Source: Cyanophora paradoxa CCMP329
Taxonomy: Eukaryota > Plantae > Glaucophyta
DNA: 64,000 nucleotides
NCBI GenBank assembly: GCA_004431415.1
Contig: QPMI01000054.1
Coordinates: forward strand, 62,001 to 126,000
Direction: 5' to 3'
Part shown: one piece after another, positions 1 to 13,652 of the stretch
Numbering within the stretch: position 1 is the first letter of the stretch
Layout of the letters: each line of letters begins with the position of its first letter
Translations under genes and position numbers: made by a program
The notes under the pieces: model-generated
Told to the model about the DNA's origin: nothing
Seen by the model: the letters and a program-made list of their open reading frames with translations, nothing else
The model's database searches: none

Positions 1-1208
1 CCGGCGGTCCGCCGGGCGCTCGGGCCGGCGATCTTCCCGACGCCCGCGCGGGCCGCGGCGGCGCGGAATGACGAGGACTACTACAAGATCCTCGGGCGCG
101 CCCCGCCCTGGCGCCGCCGACGCTCCAGCCCCCGCCGGCTCACTGCGCCCCGCAGCGTCTCGCACGGCGCGTCGCTCAAGGAGATGAAGACGGCATTCCG
201 CTCCGCCGCCAAGAAGGTCCCGCCATCCCGCCCCGCCAACCGAGCCGCCCGGGAGCTCAGGGCGGGGGCGGGCAGCTGCACCCGGACGTGAACCCGTCGC
301 CCTCGGCGGCGGAGGAGTTCAAGCGCCTCCTCCGCGCCTACGAGACGCTCTCCGACCCAAAGGTCCGTCCGCTCACGCCCATGCCCCGATCCGCCGGGCG
401 CTTACGCGGGGCCGGCCCGGGCGGCACCGCAGGCCCGCCTCGCGTGGGAGGCCCAGCGCTCCCGCGGCCCCTACTCCTCCTCATCCCGCTCCTCCTCCTC
501 CTACGCCTCCTCCTCCTCGTCCTACAGCTACACGCCCCCGCCGCCCGTGCGCACGCGCCCCCTCGCACCTCTCCGGGATCCGCCCAGAATCGCTAATGGA
601 TGCCGCCGCGCAGGGCTCGTTCGATTCCTTCTGGGAGGATTTCCTCGGCGGGCCCGAGCCCGCCGAGCCCCTCGGTACCCCCCCCCCCGCCCCGCCGCTG
701 CAGCCGAGCCGCCTGTACCCCTCGCGTGAGATCCGCTCATCCCGCCGCCCGCCCTCCCCCTCCCCTCGCAGACGACGATTTCGGGCGCATCCTCAAGGGT
801 CCGCCCCGCACGGCCGTCGCGTCCGATCCGGGGCTCTCCTAACCGCGTACCCCCGCAGACCTCTTCTCCCAGGTCGACTCGAAGGGGGCGGGGAGCATCC
901 TGGAGGACTTCGTCTCGTTCTTCGAGAAGGTGATTGATGGTTGTTCGCGGGAGGGCCTGTCCCTTTTGGACTCCGTGTAGGCCGTCTTCAGTTCCAACGT
1001 CGAGTCTGACTCGCGACCGCCGCGCCGGCGGGGGCCGCAGGAGCTTCAGATCGACGAGGAGGGCGAGAAGCGGAGGCGGGAGGAGGAGGAGGCGCGGAGG
1101 CGCGCGCGGGCCGCCGCGCCGCCGCCGCCGCCGCCGCCGCCGCCCAAGAACACGGCGGCGGAGGTGGACGCCGAGCTGGCGGAGCTGAAGCGGAGGATGG
1201 GCAAGTAG
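1..1208 (+). CDS. DnaJ-domain protein, probably plastid-targeted type III J-protein; 5' end outside window; multi-exon
   Basis: Spliced reading DYYKILG|VSHGASLKEMKTAFRSAAKK|LHPDVNPSPSAAEEFKRLLRAYETLSDPK with HPD motif; later ILEDFVSFFEK and C-terminal EVDAELAELKRRMGK* (TAG 1206-1208). First intron 96-155 is GC-AG. Confidence 0.9.
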
Positions 1209-2006
1209 CGCCCCCGCGCCCGCCAGCCCAGCGGGGTAGCAAGAGTGTGCTTTTCAAAGCTTCGCGTGCCTAGCTACAGCCGCCCGGCCTGCCGCCTACC
1301 TTCAGGGACTGCCGCCTGAGGCGCGGCGCCGGCCGCGGCTGCGGTAGCCGGCGCCCGCCGCGCACACATGCGCAGGGTTGCGCAGGGTTGGATGAAGCGC
1401 TAGCGCTAGCATGCGCACGCTGCTTCGATTTCGTCCACCGAATCGACGCTAGCGCTTGATTTCAGCGCGAGGTGCACGTGCTGCATGACTCTGCTGAGCG
1501 GCCTGAGCAGCTCGAGCTCAGCCTCGAGCTCACGATCGGATCGGAGAACAATCGCGCTGGAGCCTGTGGTACCCCCGCCGGGCCGCGCGTGGTGACGTCG
1601 TCGGGAAAGCTGAAGGCCGGGCAACGTTTGGCGGGGCCGCAGGCCGCGGCTTCAGCCGGGCGCATCATCCCCGCGCATGTGCGGGCTGCAGCAGAGCCCT
1701 GGCAGAATGCGCTCCTGTCCTCCAGCAGCCTAGAGCTGGCAAACAAGAGGGGAGCAGGGGATCAACCGACCAACTTTGGGACCGGAGTAGTGCAGGCGTT
1801 GTCTCGACAAAGCTTCGAGCTTCTGAACGGCAGGCTCGTCTGCAGCTTAGACCTCAACGGCAGTGGCAGCTTAGAATCCCGACTCCCGAGCCTCCGAACT
1901 TGAGTCCGAAGGCCGAAGCTTGAGTCTGCGCGAGCGCAAGGAGAGCGTAGACCGAGGAGAGAAGAGCAGAAGCGCACTGCGTCTCGCGCGCGCGCGCGGG
2001 GCATCG

Positions 2007-5000
2007 ATGGCGCCCACGCCCGAGGCCGGACACCCCGCCAGGCCGCACGAGCTCGCCAGCCGCTCGAGCTCTCAGGGGACCTCCGGGGCGCCCTTCCCGC
2101 ACAGCGACGAGGACGCCCCGCCGCCGCCGCTGACGCTCCACCGGCCCGTGCCGAGCTCGAGCAGCCTCGCCTCGGATGCCCCGCCCTCCCTCAAGCTGCG
2201 CCAGGGCGTCTCGCTGGTGGGCGCCTCGCCGGCCCCGCCAAAGCCGCAGCACCCGCTCCGCGTCGGGCGGGTCGAGCTCCTGGCCCCTCAGAAGTCCGCT
2301 CTCGGTGCGGGCGCGCGCCCCCCCTCGCCGGCCCGCGCCGCGCCACCCCGAGCGCCGCGGCAGCCGCAGACAAGGCGCCGGCGTGGGAGCGCGTGGAAGG
2401 CCAGGCGACGCTGGGCGCGCGGCTGCTAGGCGTCGGCTTGGGCGCCCCGTACCGCCTCCTCCTGCACGACGCCGAGGGGGCCGAGGCCGGCGGGGCCGCC
2501 GCGGGCCCTCCCCTGGGACGGCGCCGTCGTGCACGTCTCCCTCCGCCTCCTCGGCGCCGCCGCCGGCCAGCCCTCCGCGTCGCCCTCCGGCCCCGCCGCA
2601 GCCGAGAGCCCCCGGTGCGCCCGGACCCGATCCGCCCGCCCGCCACCGCCGCGCAGGCTCACCCCCCGCACGCGTGCAGCCGAAGCAGCCGGCGGGCGGG
2701 GCGGCGCTGGTTCGAATCGGCGGGGACGGCGTTTCGGTGGACGCGTTCAGCTTCGAGGCGCCGGCGCTCGCCGAGGCCGAGCTGCGCCTCGGCTGGCCCG
2801 ACGCGCCCAGAACCCCCATCTGCCGCGACCCCCTCGTCCTCCGCCTCGACTCCCGGTGCGCGCCTCCCCCTCCCCTTCCCTTCCTCTTCGTACCCGTCCC
2901 GACCCGCGCCGCAGCCGACCCAGCGACTTTGCGTCCTCGAGCTCCGATCCGGTGGGGTCCCTTCTCCCCCGGGGCTGCGTCCTCCTGACAGCCCCCCCGC
3001 CAGGCCTCCTACTCCCGCAAGCGCGCTGCACCCACGTTCCTCCCCACTACCCCCTCCCGGTCCGCCCCCCCCCCCCCGGGCTCCCCTTCTCCCCCCCCTT
3101 ACACCTCTGCTCGCAGAAGCCAACGACGGGTCGATGGGGAGGTGCCGCAACCCCTCCCCCTTCCCCTTCCCCCCCCCCCACCCCCCCCCCGCCCCCCCTC
3201 CTCGGGTTCTGAATGGCGTGCCCTCTCCCAGGACCAGGACCCGTCCGACCGCCTCGCGGACGCCTTCGGCTCTCTGATCATCGCCGCCCACGCGTTCGAG
3301 TGCGCGATCGGCGTACCACTGCAACGGGGCCGGGTTGACCGACTCCCGCCCCCCTCCTCCGCAGGGGCGCCGCGGGGCCGGAATTCGACGATCCGCTACC
3401 CCCCGACCCAGCGGATACCCCCCCGACGCTCTCCCCGCCCTTGGCGGTCGCCTCGTCGGGCCACCCGACGCCGGGGTCGCCCCGGGGGCCCGCCTCGCCC
3501 CCGAACCGCGGGGAGCCGCACCTCTACATCTTCTCCCATTTCCCCAACCTGGTCAACGACGTCGAGCTCGAACCCCTCTCCTCCATCCTCGAGATGGCCG
3601 AGGAGGGCACCTCCAAGGCGCCCCCCCGCCCGCCCGCCCCCGTACCCCCCGCGCCCCCGCCCCGCCCTCCAGCCAACGCGCACCCCCTTCCGCAGGGCCC
3701 CCGCGACGTCTTCACCGAAGCCAAGGCGCTCCTGAAGTGCGGTGGCCCCCTGCCGCTCCCCCCCGGCCCTCTCCGAACCGCCGCGCCCGCGCCCCGCAGT
3801 TCGATAGACGATCCGGGGGCGCCGGGGCCGGCCGGCGCACTCCCGCCCCTCGCCCCGGCCACAGCGGAGTGAGCCCCGCCCGCGCCCCCGCCCCCGGGCC
3901 GCGGCGTCACCGCACGCCCCGCAGGCCCTCCGACGTGGCCGAACCCGTCTCCCGCATCGTCTGGTGCGCGCGCGCCGGCGCCTCGCGACGGGCTGCCCCT
4001 CCCCCGCTGCCGCCGCCCACCGGGGCGCCCGCAGGGTGCACGACGCGGTACCCCCCTACCTCCTCTCCAGCGACGCCGAGCGCATGCGCCTCGTCGCCCA
4101 CGTCGAATCCGTGCGGGGCCGCTTTCCAGCGTGGCCGCCCGCCCGCCCCGACGGCCGCCCCAGGCGCGGGCCGAGGCGGAGTCCGATGGTCCGGTAACCC
4201 TCTCGCCCGGAGCCGAACCCGAGGGCGGCCTGGGCGCCCTTGCCAAGGCCCTGGCCAACCCCTACCTTCTTGATACCCCCCTCTTCGCCTCCCGGGGGGG
4301 ACGGGAGCTCTTCCTTCGCCATATGTACGCCCTTGTACGGCTCGCGCGTACCCCGGCGCTGGTCCGCTGCTCCCGTCGCCCCTCTCCACCCTTTCTTCGA
4401 TGGCCGATCGCGTGTACCCCCTTAGGCGCTGTCGGTGGTGCAGTTTCTCTTCGACGAGCTCACGCGCGCGTGCGCCGTACCCCCCTTCCCCCTGGACCCC
4501 CCGGGGCGATGCCGTACCCCCCCCCCCCCCCGAAGGACGATCAAGTACACCTCCGTGCGCGACGTGGTCGCCCACGTGAACCACTGCGCGACGTTCTGCT
4601 ACTCCTTCGGCGTCGAGGAGGTACCCCCCGCCCCGAACAGATCAAATCCCGTACCCCCCGCTCCCTCCCTCTCCGACCCGCTTATCTCCCCCCCCCCCCC
4701 CCCCCCCCAGATGATGGTGACGACGGACCTGCTCCTCATCGCCCCCAAAATGTACCATCAGGTGCCGTACCCCCCTACAAGCCGCCCCCTTCCCCTCACC
4801 CCGCTACCCCCGCAGCTGTCGGAGGCGGCGCTCGCGACGGCGGCGCTCCGCCGTGACGAGGCGAGTGGGGTCGTATCCGGCCGCCCCCCCTCCCCCTCCC
4901 CCCAAAACCTCATGACGGGGGTGCGCGCGTGCGGGGGGCCAGGCGGCGGAGGGGTACGTGGAGGCGCTGTACCTGCGGGCGTGCGTGGCCTTCGTGGAGC

Positions 5001-6699
5001 ACCGGCTGGAGGACGCCGCCGCCCCCCTCTTCGAGGCGCGCCGCCCCGCCCCCTTTCCCCCGCCGAGCCCCCTCACGCGCTCCCCCCACGGCAGGCGTGG
5101 AGCGTGCTGATCAGGGCCTCGCGGACGCCGTGCCGCCAGGAGGCCCGCCTCGTCCGCTTCCTCGCCTCCATCCACCGCGCGCCCCGCCCCTTCTCCGCCC
5201 CTCCTCCATCTCGCCCGCCCTCTGAGGGGGCGGGGCGGGGCAGTGTTCGCGGGGAAGCTGGATCTCGCCGACCACTTCCTCTCCCGCACCTACTGGTTCT
5301 CCGAGGAGGACGACGACATCATGCTCGTGCGCGACCGTGGCGGAGGGGCGCGCCGGGCGCCGCGCCCGCGCCCGCGCCTGACCGCCCGCCCGCACGCGAC
5401 GGGCGCCGCAGGAGGTCGACGCGACGCAGTCACACCGTGCGCTTGCCCGGCCGCCCCTACCCCTTCCGCTCTCCCCCGCCCCCGCCGAGGCGCGCCGCCT
5501 CGCCGCGCAGTGGTGAAGGCGAGCCTGGAGAAGCGGGGGGCGGAGATGCTGCGCCTCTCCGTCCGGTCCATCGAGCTCGCCTCCCGCCTCCGCACCCCGC
5601 TCCCGTGCGTGGGGCCCCGCCCTGCCCCGCCGCGCCCCCGTACTCCGTGCCCGGCTGACCAGCGCGCGCGCGCGGGCGGCGGCAGGCGGGTCATGCTCAG
5701 GCTCATCGTCGTGCGTGCACCGGGCGGGGCGCGACTCGAGGTCGGACTGACGCGCCGCGCCTCGCCCCACGCCCGCACTGCAGAGCAAGTGCTACTCCCT
5801 TGTGCGGCTACGTGCGCCGTAACCCCCGCTCTGTCCCTCCCCACCCCCTCACTCCCCACCCCTCACTCCCCCCCCCCCCCCCCCCCCGCCCCCACCCCCC
5901 CACCCCCAGGGCGGTTCACGGCGGCCTTCCGGGTCTTCAAGGAGGCCCTCGAGCACGCCAAGGCCCACGACCTCCTCGCCTACGCCGACTTCGACGGGTA
6001 CGCCTTTCCCGAGGAGCTTCCCGGGGCTGGGGCGGGGTATGTGTACGGGGTTCCGACGGGGCCGCCGGCGCCGCAGGGTGAACTACTCGCGGATCTGGTG
6101 GTGGCGGGGGTGCGCATGCGCCGCCCCGGCCCCGCCGGGTTCCTGTCCCCCTCTCGCGAACCGGGCACCCCAGGGCGACGCTGGCCCCCTCGGCGATGCT
6201 GAGCCTCGTGAAGGCGTGGACCTTCGTCACCCGCGTCGCCGACCCCAAGTGCTCTACCCCCTCCCCCCCCCCCCCCCCCGGCCACCCGCGCTTCGTACCC
6301 CCCGCCTGACCCCCCTCCCCCTCCCCCTCTCCAGGTGCACGACGCCGCAGCAGGCGCACCTGCTGTGGGCGTACGGCGACATCCTCCTGCGGGTCGGGCG
6401 CCACAAGAACGCCGCCGCCGCCCTCGCCCAGAGCCTCCAGGCCCGTACCCCGTACCCCCCCTCCGCCCAACGAACTCACGTACTCCGCTTGCAGGAGTAC
6501 GCCAAGTTCGAGCACATGTTCCCCCCGAACTGCCCGCGCCTGCAGGTCCGCCCGTGCCCCTTCCCTCCAGATCTCGCCGGCGCAGGCGGGGCCGAGCGGG
6601 GCGGGGCGGGGCGGGCGGGGGCAGCGGGTGCGGGACGCGCTGCGGCGGGCGCTGGCGGGCCTCGAGGCGGGGCCCCTCGTCTACCAGCCCGCATCGTAG
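2007..6699 (+). CDS. Large multi-exon protein of unknown function with TPR-like helical C-terminal region
   Basis: Chain of short coding-like exons with GT/GC-AG introns, e.g. EGYVEALYLRACVAFVEHRLEDAAAPLFE and QQAHLLWAYGDILLRVGRHKNAAAALAQSLQ; ends GPLVYQPAS* at 6697-6699. Internal exon structure approximate. Confidence 0.6.
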
Positions 6700-6989
6700 C
6701 CCTTCTCCAGGGCCCAGGCGGGCCAGGCCTCTTCTCTTGATTCAAGGACCGTCGGCACGATCATCGGATCGGATCGGATTTAATGCTATTCGCGGGGGAA
6801 AGTGTATTCTTTGGGCAGTGTATTGAGTATTTCATGTACATTCTTGCTTTCGCTAGATATGAATCTCGTTCGCCGCCATTGATAGGAAACTTTCATTCTC
6901 AAGACGCTTGAGAACTTTTCAGACGGCTAGCGGCTCTTAGCAGCTAGCAGCAAAATCGATTCGAATTCAAAATCTCGAACTTATATATA

Positions 6990-9900
6990 TCAATAACTTG
7001 AGCTCACCGAGAACTCCAACTCTACGGCGCGCGCCGCGCACCTGCGGGCGCTTCGAACTCGAGGACAAGGCGCTCCGAGGGCCGGCGGCGGGGCGGGCGC
7101 GCACGCGCGGCGGAAGAGCTCGTGGCGCTCGACGGTCCAGCCGAGGAGGGGCACGTCGAGGACGGCGAGGCGCCGCAGGGGGCCGCACGTCTCCACGAAC
7201 TCGAAGAGGCCTTAGGGGGCGAGGCGGCTCTCAGCGGGCGCTAAGCTTGAGGCCTGGAACTCGAGGGGGCGCGCGCGCGGCCGCACCGGAGGCGGAGACG
7301 TCGCGCATCGCGTCGAGCGTGAGGGAGCTGCGAGGCGCAAGTTAGAACTCTAGTGAGGCATGCACACACGGGGCGGCGGAGCGGTGCGCACCGGAGGGCG
7401 GTGCAGCAAGCGGCGATGCAGCGCAGGTCCTCGTCGCTGACCCCGCCCGGGGCCCTCAGGTCGGGGGCCCCCAGCTCCAGCGCCCGCAGCCTGCGGAGCT
7501 CGGGAGCGCGCGTCGGGGCGGCGCGCAGCCGGCGCGTACGTGGGCCCCGCTGCGTAGAGAAGGGGCCGCAGCCAGGAGGCCTCGATCGCCGTCGACTGCG
7601 CCGCCCGTTGGCGCGCACGCCGAGGGGGAGGTGGAGGCGGAGGGGGGTACCCGGAGCATGCGGAAGGCCTCGAGGGCGCAGACACCGCCGGCGAGGCGCC
7701 GCAGGGCCCACGCCGGCACGTCCCCTGCCCCCGCGGCCCCCACCCTCCGCCCTCAGACGTCGGCGGGGCGGAGAAGGAGACGGACCCAGTCCTCGCGAAC
7801 GAGCGAGCGAGCGAGCGAGCGGACCGGGGAGGATGTCGGAGAGGGAGAGGGTGCGGAGGGTGCGCGCGCTCCGGTCCAGCAGCCGCGGCACAAGGTCGCC
7901 CTCCTGGCGCCCCCGGCCGGGCCCCGCTCGGGCTCCAGCGGCAGCGGAACGCGGGGGGCGCACGCTGGGGCGGAGGCCGTCGGCCCGAAGGGCGACGAGG
8001 CTGTGCGTCGCGACGGCCTCCGGCCCCAGCAGCCTGCGCGTCCACGCACCCCGAGGCCGGCGTCAGGGGCGCCGGCCGAGGCGCGTTCGTCAGCTCGGGC
8101 GCGTCCACGCACGCGCGCTCGCCGGCGGCCCCCTCGACGAACTGCGCGGGCGGTCGAAGGCGAGGCGTCGGCACCCCGTCGGCCCGTCAAAGGCCAGCGC
8201 GGGGCGCGCGCACGCTGGCGTCGGCGATGTCGAGCTCCGTGAGGCACGCGAGGCCACGCCAGTCCAGGCCCTGCACCGGCGCTTGGGAGGGGGAGGCGAG
8301 GGCCGGCCGGGCGGGCGGGGGCGGGCCTGGGTGCGGAGCTGGCAGTCGGAGACGTCGAGGGCCACGAGGGCGGCCCCCGGGCCCCCGGCGCCCCGCATCT
8401 GGCCCAGGTCCACTTCCCCGACCCTCTGCCACGAGCTGGAACTCAAGGCACGGGCGGGCGGGCGGCCCGGTGCGGCCCGGGGCCGGCACCCTGAGGGCGA
8501 GGCGGCGGAGGCGGGGCCCGGCGAGGCCGGCGGCGCGGAGGGCGCGGCCGTCCCCGGCCGTGAAGGGCTGCAGCAGCTCCGGGTCCTCGCAGTGCCGCTG
8601 CCGGGTCGACGTGGCATCAGAGCGCTCGGGTGTCTATGGGATCCGACGAGGGGCGGGGCGCGCGCCTCGGTGTCGGGGATCATCTTGCAGCTGCGCACGC
8701 GGCGGCGGCCGCGGCAGCGCGGTGAGATGAGGCGGGGCGGGCTCACCTCGAGGCGGGCCCCGCGCACCGGGAGAGGTCGAGGGCGAGCAGGGGGCACTCG
8801 GGGGCGCCGGCGCGGAGGGCTCGGAGGGCTCGGTGCAGGCCCAGCGTCTCCGACGAGCCTGCAAAGGAGACCTGGGGGCAGCTGTCGATGAGATGGGGGG
8901 CGGGGCGGGGCGTGGCGGGGGTGCGCGACCTCCTCGAGGCGGGGGCAGGCGGCGAGGCTCGCGGCGAAGGCCCGCGCGGAGCCCTCCGCAGCGGCCTGCC
9001 GCGCGGACGCGATCGGGCGTGCGGGGCGGGGCGGAGGGGCGGGGACGGCGCTCGCCTGGCTTGCGCCCAGGCGGGCGAGGGCGATGCCGGCCGGCTGCAT
9101 CCAGACCCTGCCGGGATCCGGGGCGGCCTTCGAATTCGCAAGCGGTGTCAGGTCTGGCGGAAGAGCACGGGCGGGAGGAGCGGCCTCACTGGAAAAGGGG
9201 GAGGGAGCACGACGTGGAGGTGACTGTCGCCCTGCGCCTGATCCGGGGTCGGTGCCACTGAGGGCGAGGGAAGGGACGGGAGGGCGCCACCGCCTCGGTC
9301 GCCGCGCGCAGGGCAAGGCAGGGCCGGTGAAGGGCCACGCGCAGCTTCCTGCGGCCGCCGCCGGTCCCCCGGGGCCCGGCCCGTCTGAGGTGGGGGGAGG
9401 AAGCCGGCGGCACCGCAATCGAGGGGACGAGTCGCCGAGGCTGCGCGACGCCCATCCCGCATCGGCCGAGCGGACCGAAGATCAAGGTGCGGCGGGCGAG
9501 AGCGGCACCGGAAGAGGCGGTAGGGGAGCCACGCGGCGGCCCCCGCCACGTCCAGCTCCCTGCAGCGAGGCCCTCGTCATTAGGCCCGGGTGAGCTCGAC
9601 GGGGATACGCGCGCACTCGAGGAGGGGGCAGGCCTCGAGCACCCCCGCGACGCAGTCCGCCTCGCGTACCCCCCCGTAGAGCCGCGCGACCTCCCAGTCG
9701 ACAGCTGCGGGGTACAGCTTCGGAGGGGAGGGGGAGCAGGCTGCGGGGGGGGAGGGGGGTACGGCAGGAGGCCTCGGGGGAGACGGCGATGTCGATGTCC
9801 TCGAGGGCGGGGCAGGAGCGCGCCAGGCACGCCAGCACGTCCGCGCACCTGCCGGTTTGCGGGGGTAAGGCTCGGCCGGCTGTCGGGCGCGGTCGGGCGC

Positions 9901-11892
9901 GCCTCGGATCGCCGGCGAGACGGAGGCGCCGCAGGGAGCGGCTTTGGACTTGGAGGGGGCCCAGAAACCTGCAGGTGGGCGCCCGGGATCAAATCTAGGG
10001 CGCGGCGGGCCCTCGATCCAAAGGCCACGCACGTGAAGGGTGGCCCGTGCGCGTAGTCGGCGTCGGGCTGCGCGGCGTATTAGAAGGTAGAAGGAGTGGA
10101 GGGTACAGAGTCGGGCGGGTTGGGGGCCTCTGGAGTGAAGCGCGGGGGGGGCTCCCGGCGTATCGGGACGCGGTACCGCGAGCGGGGCCGGGGCCCGAAT
10201 TCGAAGTCGCGCTCCACGGCCGCCGGGTCGCCCTGGACGGCGCGGCCGTACGCCCGTGAGGCCGCGAGCGTGAGACCGAGGGGAAACTAAAGGGGACCTG
10301 GGCGGTATCGAACACGAGCCCCGCGTTGGAGCGGGCCCAGAAGCGGAGGTCCTCGAGCCAAGGGCACTGGAATCCCTTTAGGGCGGCCCTTCTGCAGGGA
10401 GGGCGGGGGCGGGAGGGGTACGTCTGTATCGCGGAGAGTCCTGTAGGACTGTAGGGCGCTCGAGTAGTCCCCTGGGGCAGGGGACGCTGAGGGCAGGGGT
10501 ACGAGCGCGGGACAGGAAGGACGGAGGGCTCACCCTGGGAGGGGGCGGGCGATCCCCCGCCCCTCCTGACCATGGATTCGAACCTGCGACCGCGTCAGGC
10601 GCGGCAGGCGGGAGGGGTACAACCGGCGCACCAGCCCTCGCGCGTCTTCGGCGGCTGGCCCATCTCCTTGCTGAACGGGGCGGGTTATGGGTACGGGGTA
10701 GCAGCGAGGGGGGGGTACGCGGACAGGGCGACGCGACGGAGGGAGGGCAAAGCGGCGCCCATCGCCTCGAAGGTGGATCGCCGCAGGGGTACCACGTCCT
10801 CCAGATCCAGCATCTGGTGGAGAGGGAGGTAAAAGACGCAGGCGAGAGGAGGGGGGGGGGCTGGAGTAGGGGCGCGGGCCTGGACGAGGGGGTACGAATC
10901 CACGAGGCGGCGGGCGAAGCGGTCGTTCGCGGGGCTCCGCATCGAAAGGCCATACAGCATAGCCTGGGGCGGCGCATGGGCGGAGATGAGGAGGAAAACA
11001 GTTCGCAACAGGGCGGGGGTACGGGATGCGAACCCGGGCCTCCAGAATGCATGCGAGCGTCGGGGGGTCTCCTTTCTTTCGATAGAGCCGTAGCGCCGCC
11101 TTGTCGGCGAAGTCGTCCTAGGGGTACGCCTCAGCCAGGCGGAACGGGACGGGCGGCGCGCGGGCCGGGAGTTGCCTGTTCGGGGGGCGGGGGCGGCTGG
11201 TCGGCGCCGAGGGAGGCGGGTACGAGGCGCGCGGCCGTGTGGGGTCCCTCGGCGACGACGAACTCGAGGATCCGAGAGCGCAGCAGCGGGCTCGCCTGCG
11301 GTCGCGCTTGGCGGGGCGGAGGGAGGAGAATCGAAAGAGGGCCGGGGGCGGGGGCGGGGGAGCCGCGCACGCGGGCGAACTGCAGGACGGAGGCGAGGGT
11401 CGGGAGGAAGCTTACGATCTCCCTCAGGACGTTATCGGGCAGGTCTGCGCGGAGCGCGCCGCGCGAACCCCCGGTCGCTCAGGAAACTTAAGTTTCAGAC
11501 GAAGGCGCAGGCTTAGGCGCAGGCGCAGGGATAGCACGGCCGGGCACCTTCGATCTGCGCGCGCTTCCCGCTTCGTTCGCTCTTCAGAGCGCTCTCGGCC
11601 TCCTTTAAGCGCTTGCTCTGCGCGCTCCAGATGCAGGCATCAGCCCGGGATGAGCCCCGCGCCTTGCGGGGCGGACCTTGCGGGTCGCCTCGTCGTCCTC
11701 AGCCGACAGCTGTCCGACGATGGACTCCGCCTGCTCGCGATCCGCGCCTGCGAGCGTTCACTTCACACGTTCACTTCGCCGAGCTCCAGCGCGGGCCGCA
11801 CCGAGGTCGAGCAGGCTGCGCACGATGTTCGCCGGCTTTTCTCCGTCGCGCAGCATCGTCGAGCATATCTCGCGGATCGTCTCGGCGTCCAT
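6990..11892 (-). CDS. F-box/leucine-rich-repeat protein (multi-exon)
   Basis: Start MDAETIREICSTML at 11892; F-box-like EDLPDNVLREIVSFLPTLASVLQFAR near 11375-11445; LRR-like exons such as CLARSCPALEDIDIA, GLACLTELDIADAS and VSDEDLRCIAACCTALR. 3' end approximate. Confidence 0.75.
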
Positions 11893-12241
11893 TGCGTGTG
11901 TGTAGCTCTACTGCGCTGCTCTGGATCTTTTATACAGCTGTGCGCGCGTGCATACGCGTGCCTCTGCGACGGCCGGGAGCAGTTCAGCAAATGCCTTACA
12001 GACGTCGCGTACCCCCCCGAACCACCTTCTGTGACCTTCAAACGCGAGAAGCGCCCGGTGCTGCGAGCTCGCGCACACATATTGAGATCAGCAAAGGCAC
12101 CTTTACCAGACGGCACCAGGTCGGCCGGGCATCTGGGGCTAGCCGTTGCTGTTCGAGCTCTCGCAGCGCGTAAGCACGGCGGGTTCTAGATCTGGTGCTG
12201 TAAGACGGGCCAGCAGTATCATACGTGTCTGGAGCACTCAG

Positions 12242-13359
12242 ATGCCGCCTGCAGCTTTTGAGGGCGCCGGGTCTGTGTGCCAGGAGCTGTTCAAGCCCCT
12301 GCAGGAGCGCGTTCGGGACCTGCAGGCCCTCACGATCCTCCGCAATGCGGTCCACAGCAGCACGGGGCTCAGCGCGACGACGAGCGCGCTGAACCAGCAA
12401 ACCCTCTCCTGCGAAAAGATGTGCACCCACATCCAGAGCCGCCTGACGTCGAGCGCGGAATCAAACGCGATAGCGGACTTCGCGGAGTGCTCTCAGTCGA
12501 TCCTCGACTACGCGATCTTCCTCTCGGCTGCCGCCGGGCTCGGGGGCTCGACCGCAGCAGCCGCGCCTGCCCCCGACCTGGAGCGCGGCCCGGCGACCGC
12601 GGCGCCGCAGCCAGCCCCCGCGGCCGCGCCCGCTCCGCGCGAGGAGAAGCGGCACCGCATCACGATTGAGCGAGTAACCCAGGAAGAGTTCATGGCGGTC
12701 GGGCAGGTGCTTTCCCCATGGAATACTGCGCACTTGCGCCTGGCTGACTACTCAAACCGCACAGCACCTCCGCGGGCGCCTCGCGCTGGCCGCCGTGAAC
12801 TCCGCGATCGACCAGATCGAGGTGAGGGCCTGCGGCACGGTCCGATCCGCCCCGCGCGCGATTCGATCCAACGCTGGCGGCGGCACAGGAAATCCTGCGA
12901 GAGAAGCACGCCATCCTCGCGCAGAACCCCAACAAACTCCATCACGACAAGCTCGCAAAGTGCGCTGCTTCTCCTGCCTGTTCCATTCGCTAGAGCTCAC
13001 GCTCAAGCCCTCGCAGGTTCAAGGTCCCATCCATTCCGCACTGCCCCCAGGGCGATCAAATTTGAAATTTACAATCCGGTTGTCGCGCAGGCGTGGGCGG
13101 AGCAGGCGGACGCGCTGGAGGATATTAAGGGCCCCTACCTCACCGACGAGGAGCTGGGGGGATCCGTGTTCAAGGCGCGCCGCCCCGCCTCACGCTCCGC
13201 CCCGTCCCGCTCCTCCTCTGACGGGGAGGCGGCGGCCAGGCGGACGCGACGGGGCGGAGCATACAAACTGTGCTGCGCTCCGTGCAGCCGCCGCGCATGC
13301 GCGTCGAGACGAGGAGCGTCGACAAGAAGCGCGTAACGTGTTACCTGTTCCCACTGTAG
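12242..13359 (+). CDS. SKA1: Spindle and kinetochore-associated protein 1
   Basis: N-terminal coiled coil LQERVRDLQALTILRN; C-terminal microtubule-binding-domain motifs VTQEEFMAV...LRGRLALAAVNSAIDQI...LREKHAIL...YLTDEEL...DATGRSIQTVLR...TCYLFPL*, matching the SKA1 family as I recall it. Confidence 0.8.
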
Positions 13360-13652
13360 CCCGAAACCTACGATCATGAGCTAGAGCAGATTAGTACCCC
13401 TGCAGCTGTATCCTCCCTAGGCATGTGGTCGTCAAGACACGCATGCGCCAGCGCATGCCAAGGTGTGCCGCTCCATGCATACATACAGTTAATAAACTCG
13501 GGGCCGGCACGGCGCATACGGAAAGCTCGGGTTTCACGATCCTAAAACGCGTAATTCTAGCAGGGTACGGCCGCGGGGGCCGCGTGCGCAGCCGGGGCCG
13601 AGCCGGGGCCGGACCAGCCAGCCGCAGCTGCATCCTCGGTCGCTATAGCTAG

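Noticed and set aside
1260-1990. Possible small gene between DnaJ and the TPR-like gene
   Set aside because: No recognisable motif or consistent spliced frame found; cannot be supported.
2000-11500. Numerous long Pro/Arg/Ala/Gly-rich ORFs
   Set aside because: Products of stop-codon scarcity at very high GC reading through introns.
11893-12241. Cell-cycle promoter elements (TTCAAA, CCGTT) upstream of SKA1
   Set aside because: Single short matches expected by chance.
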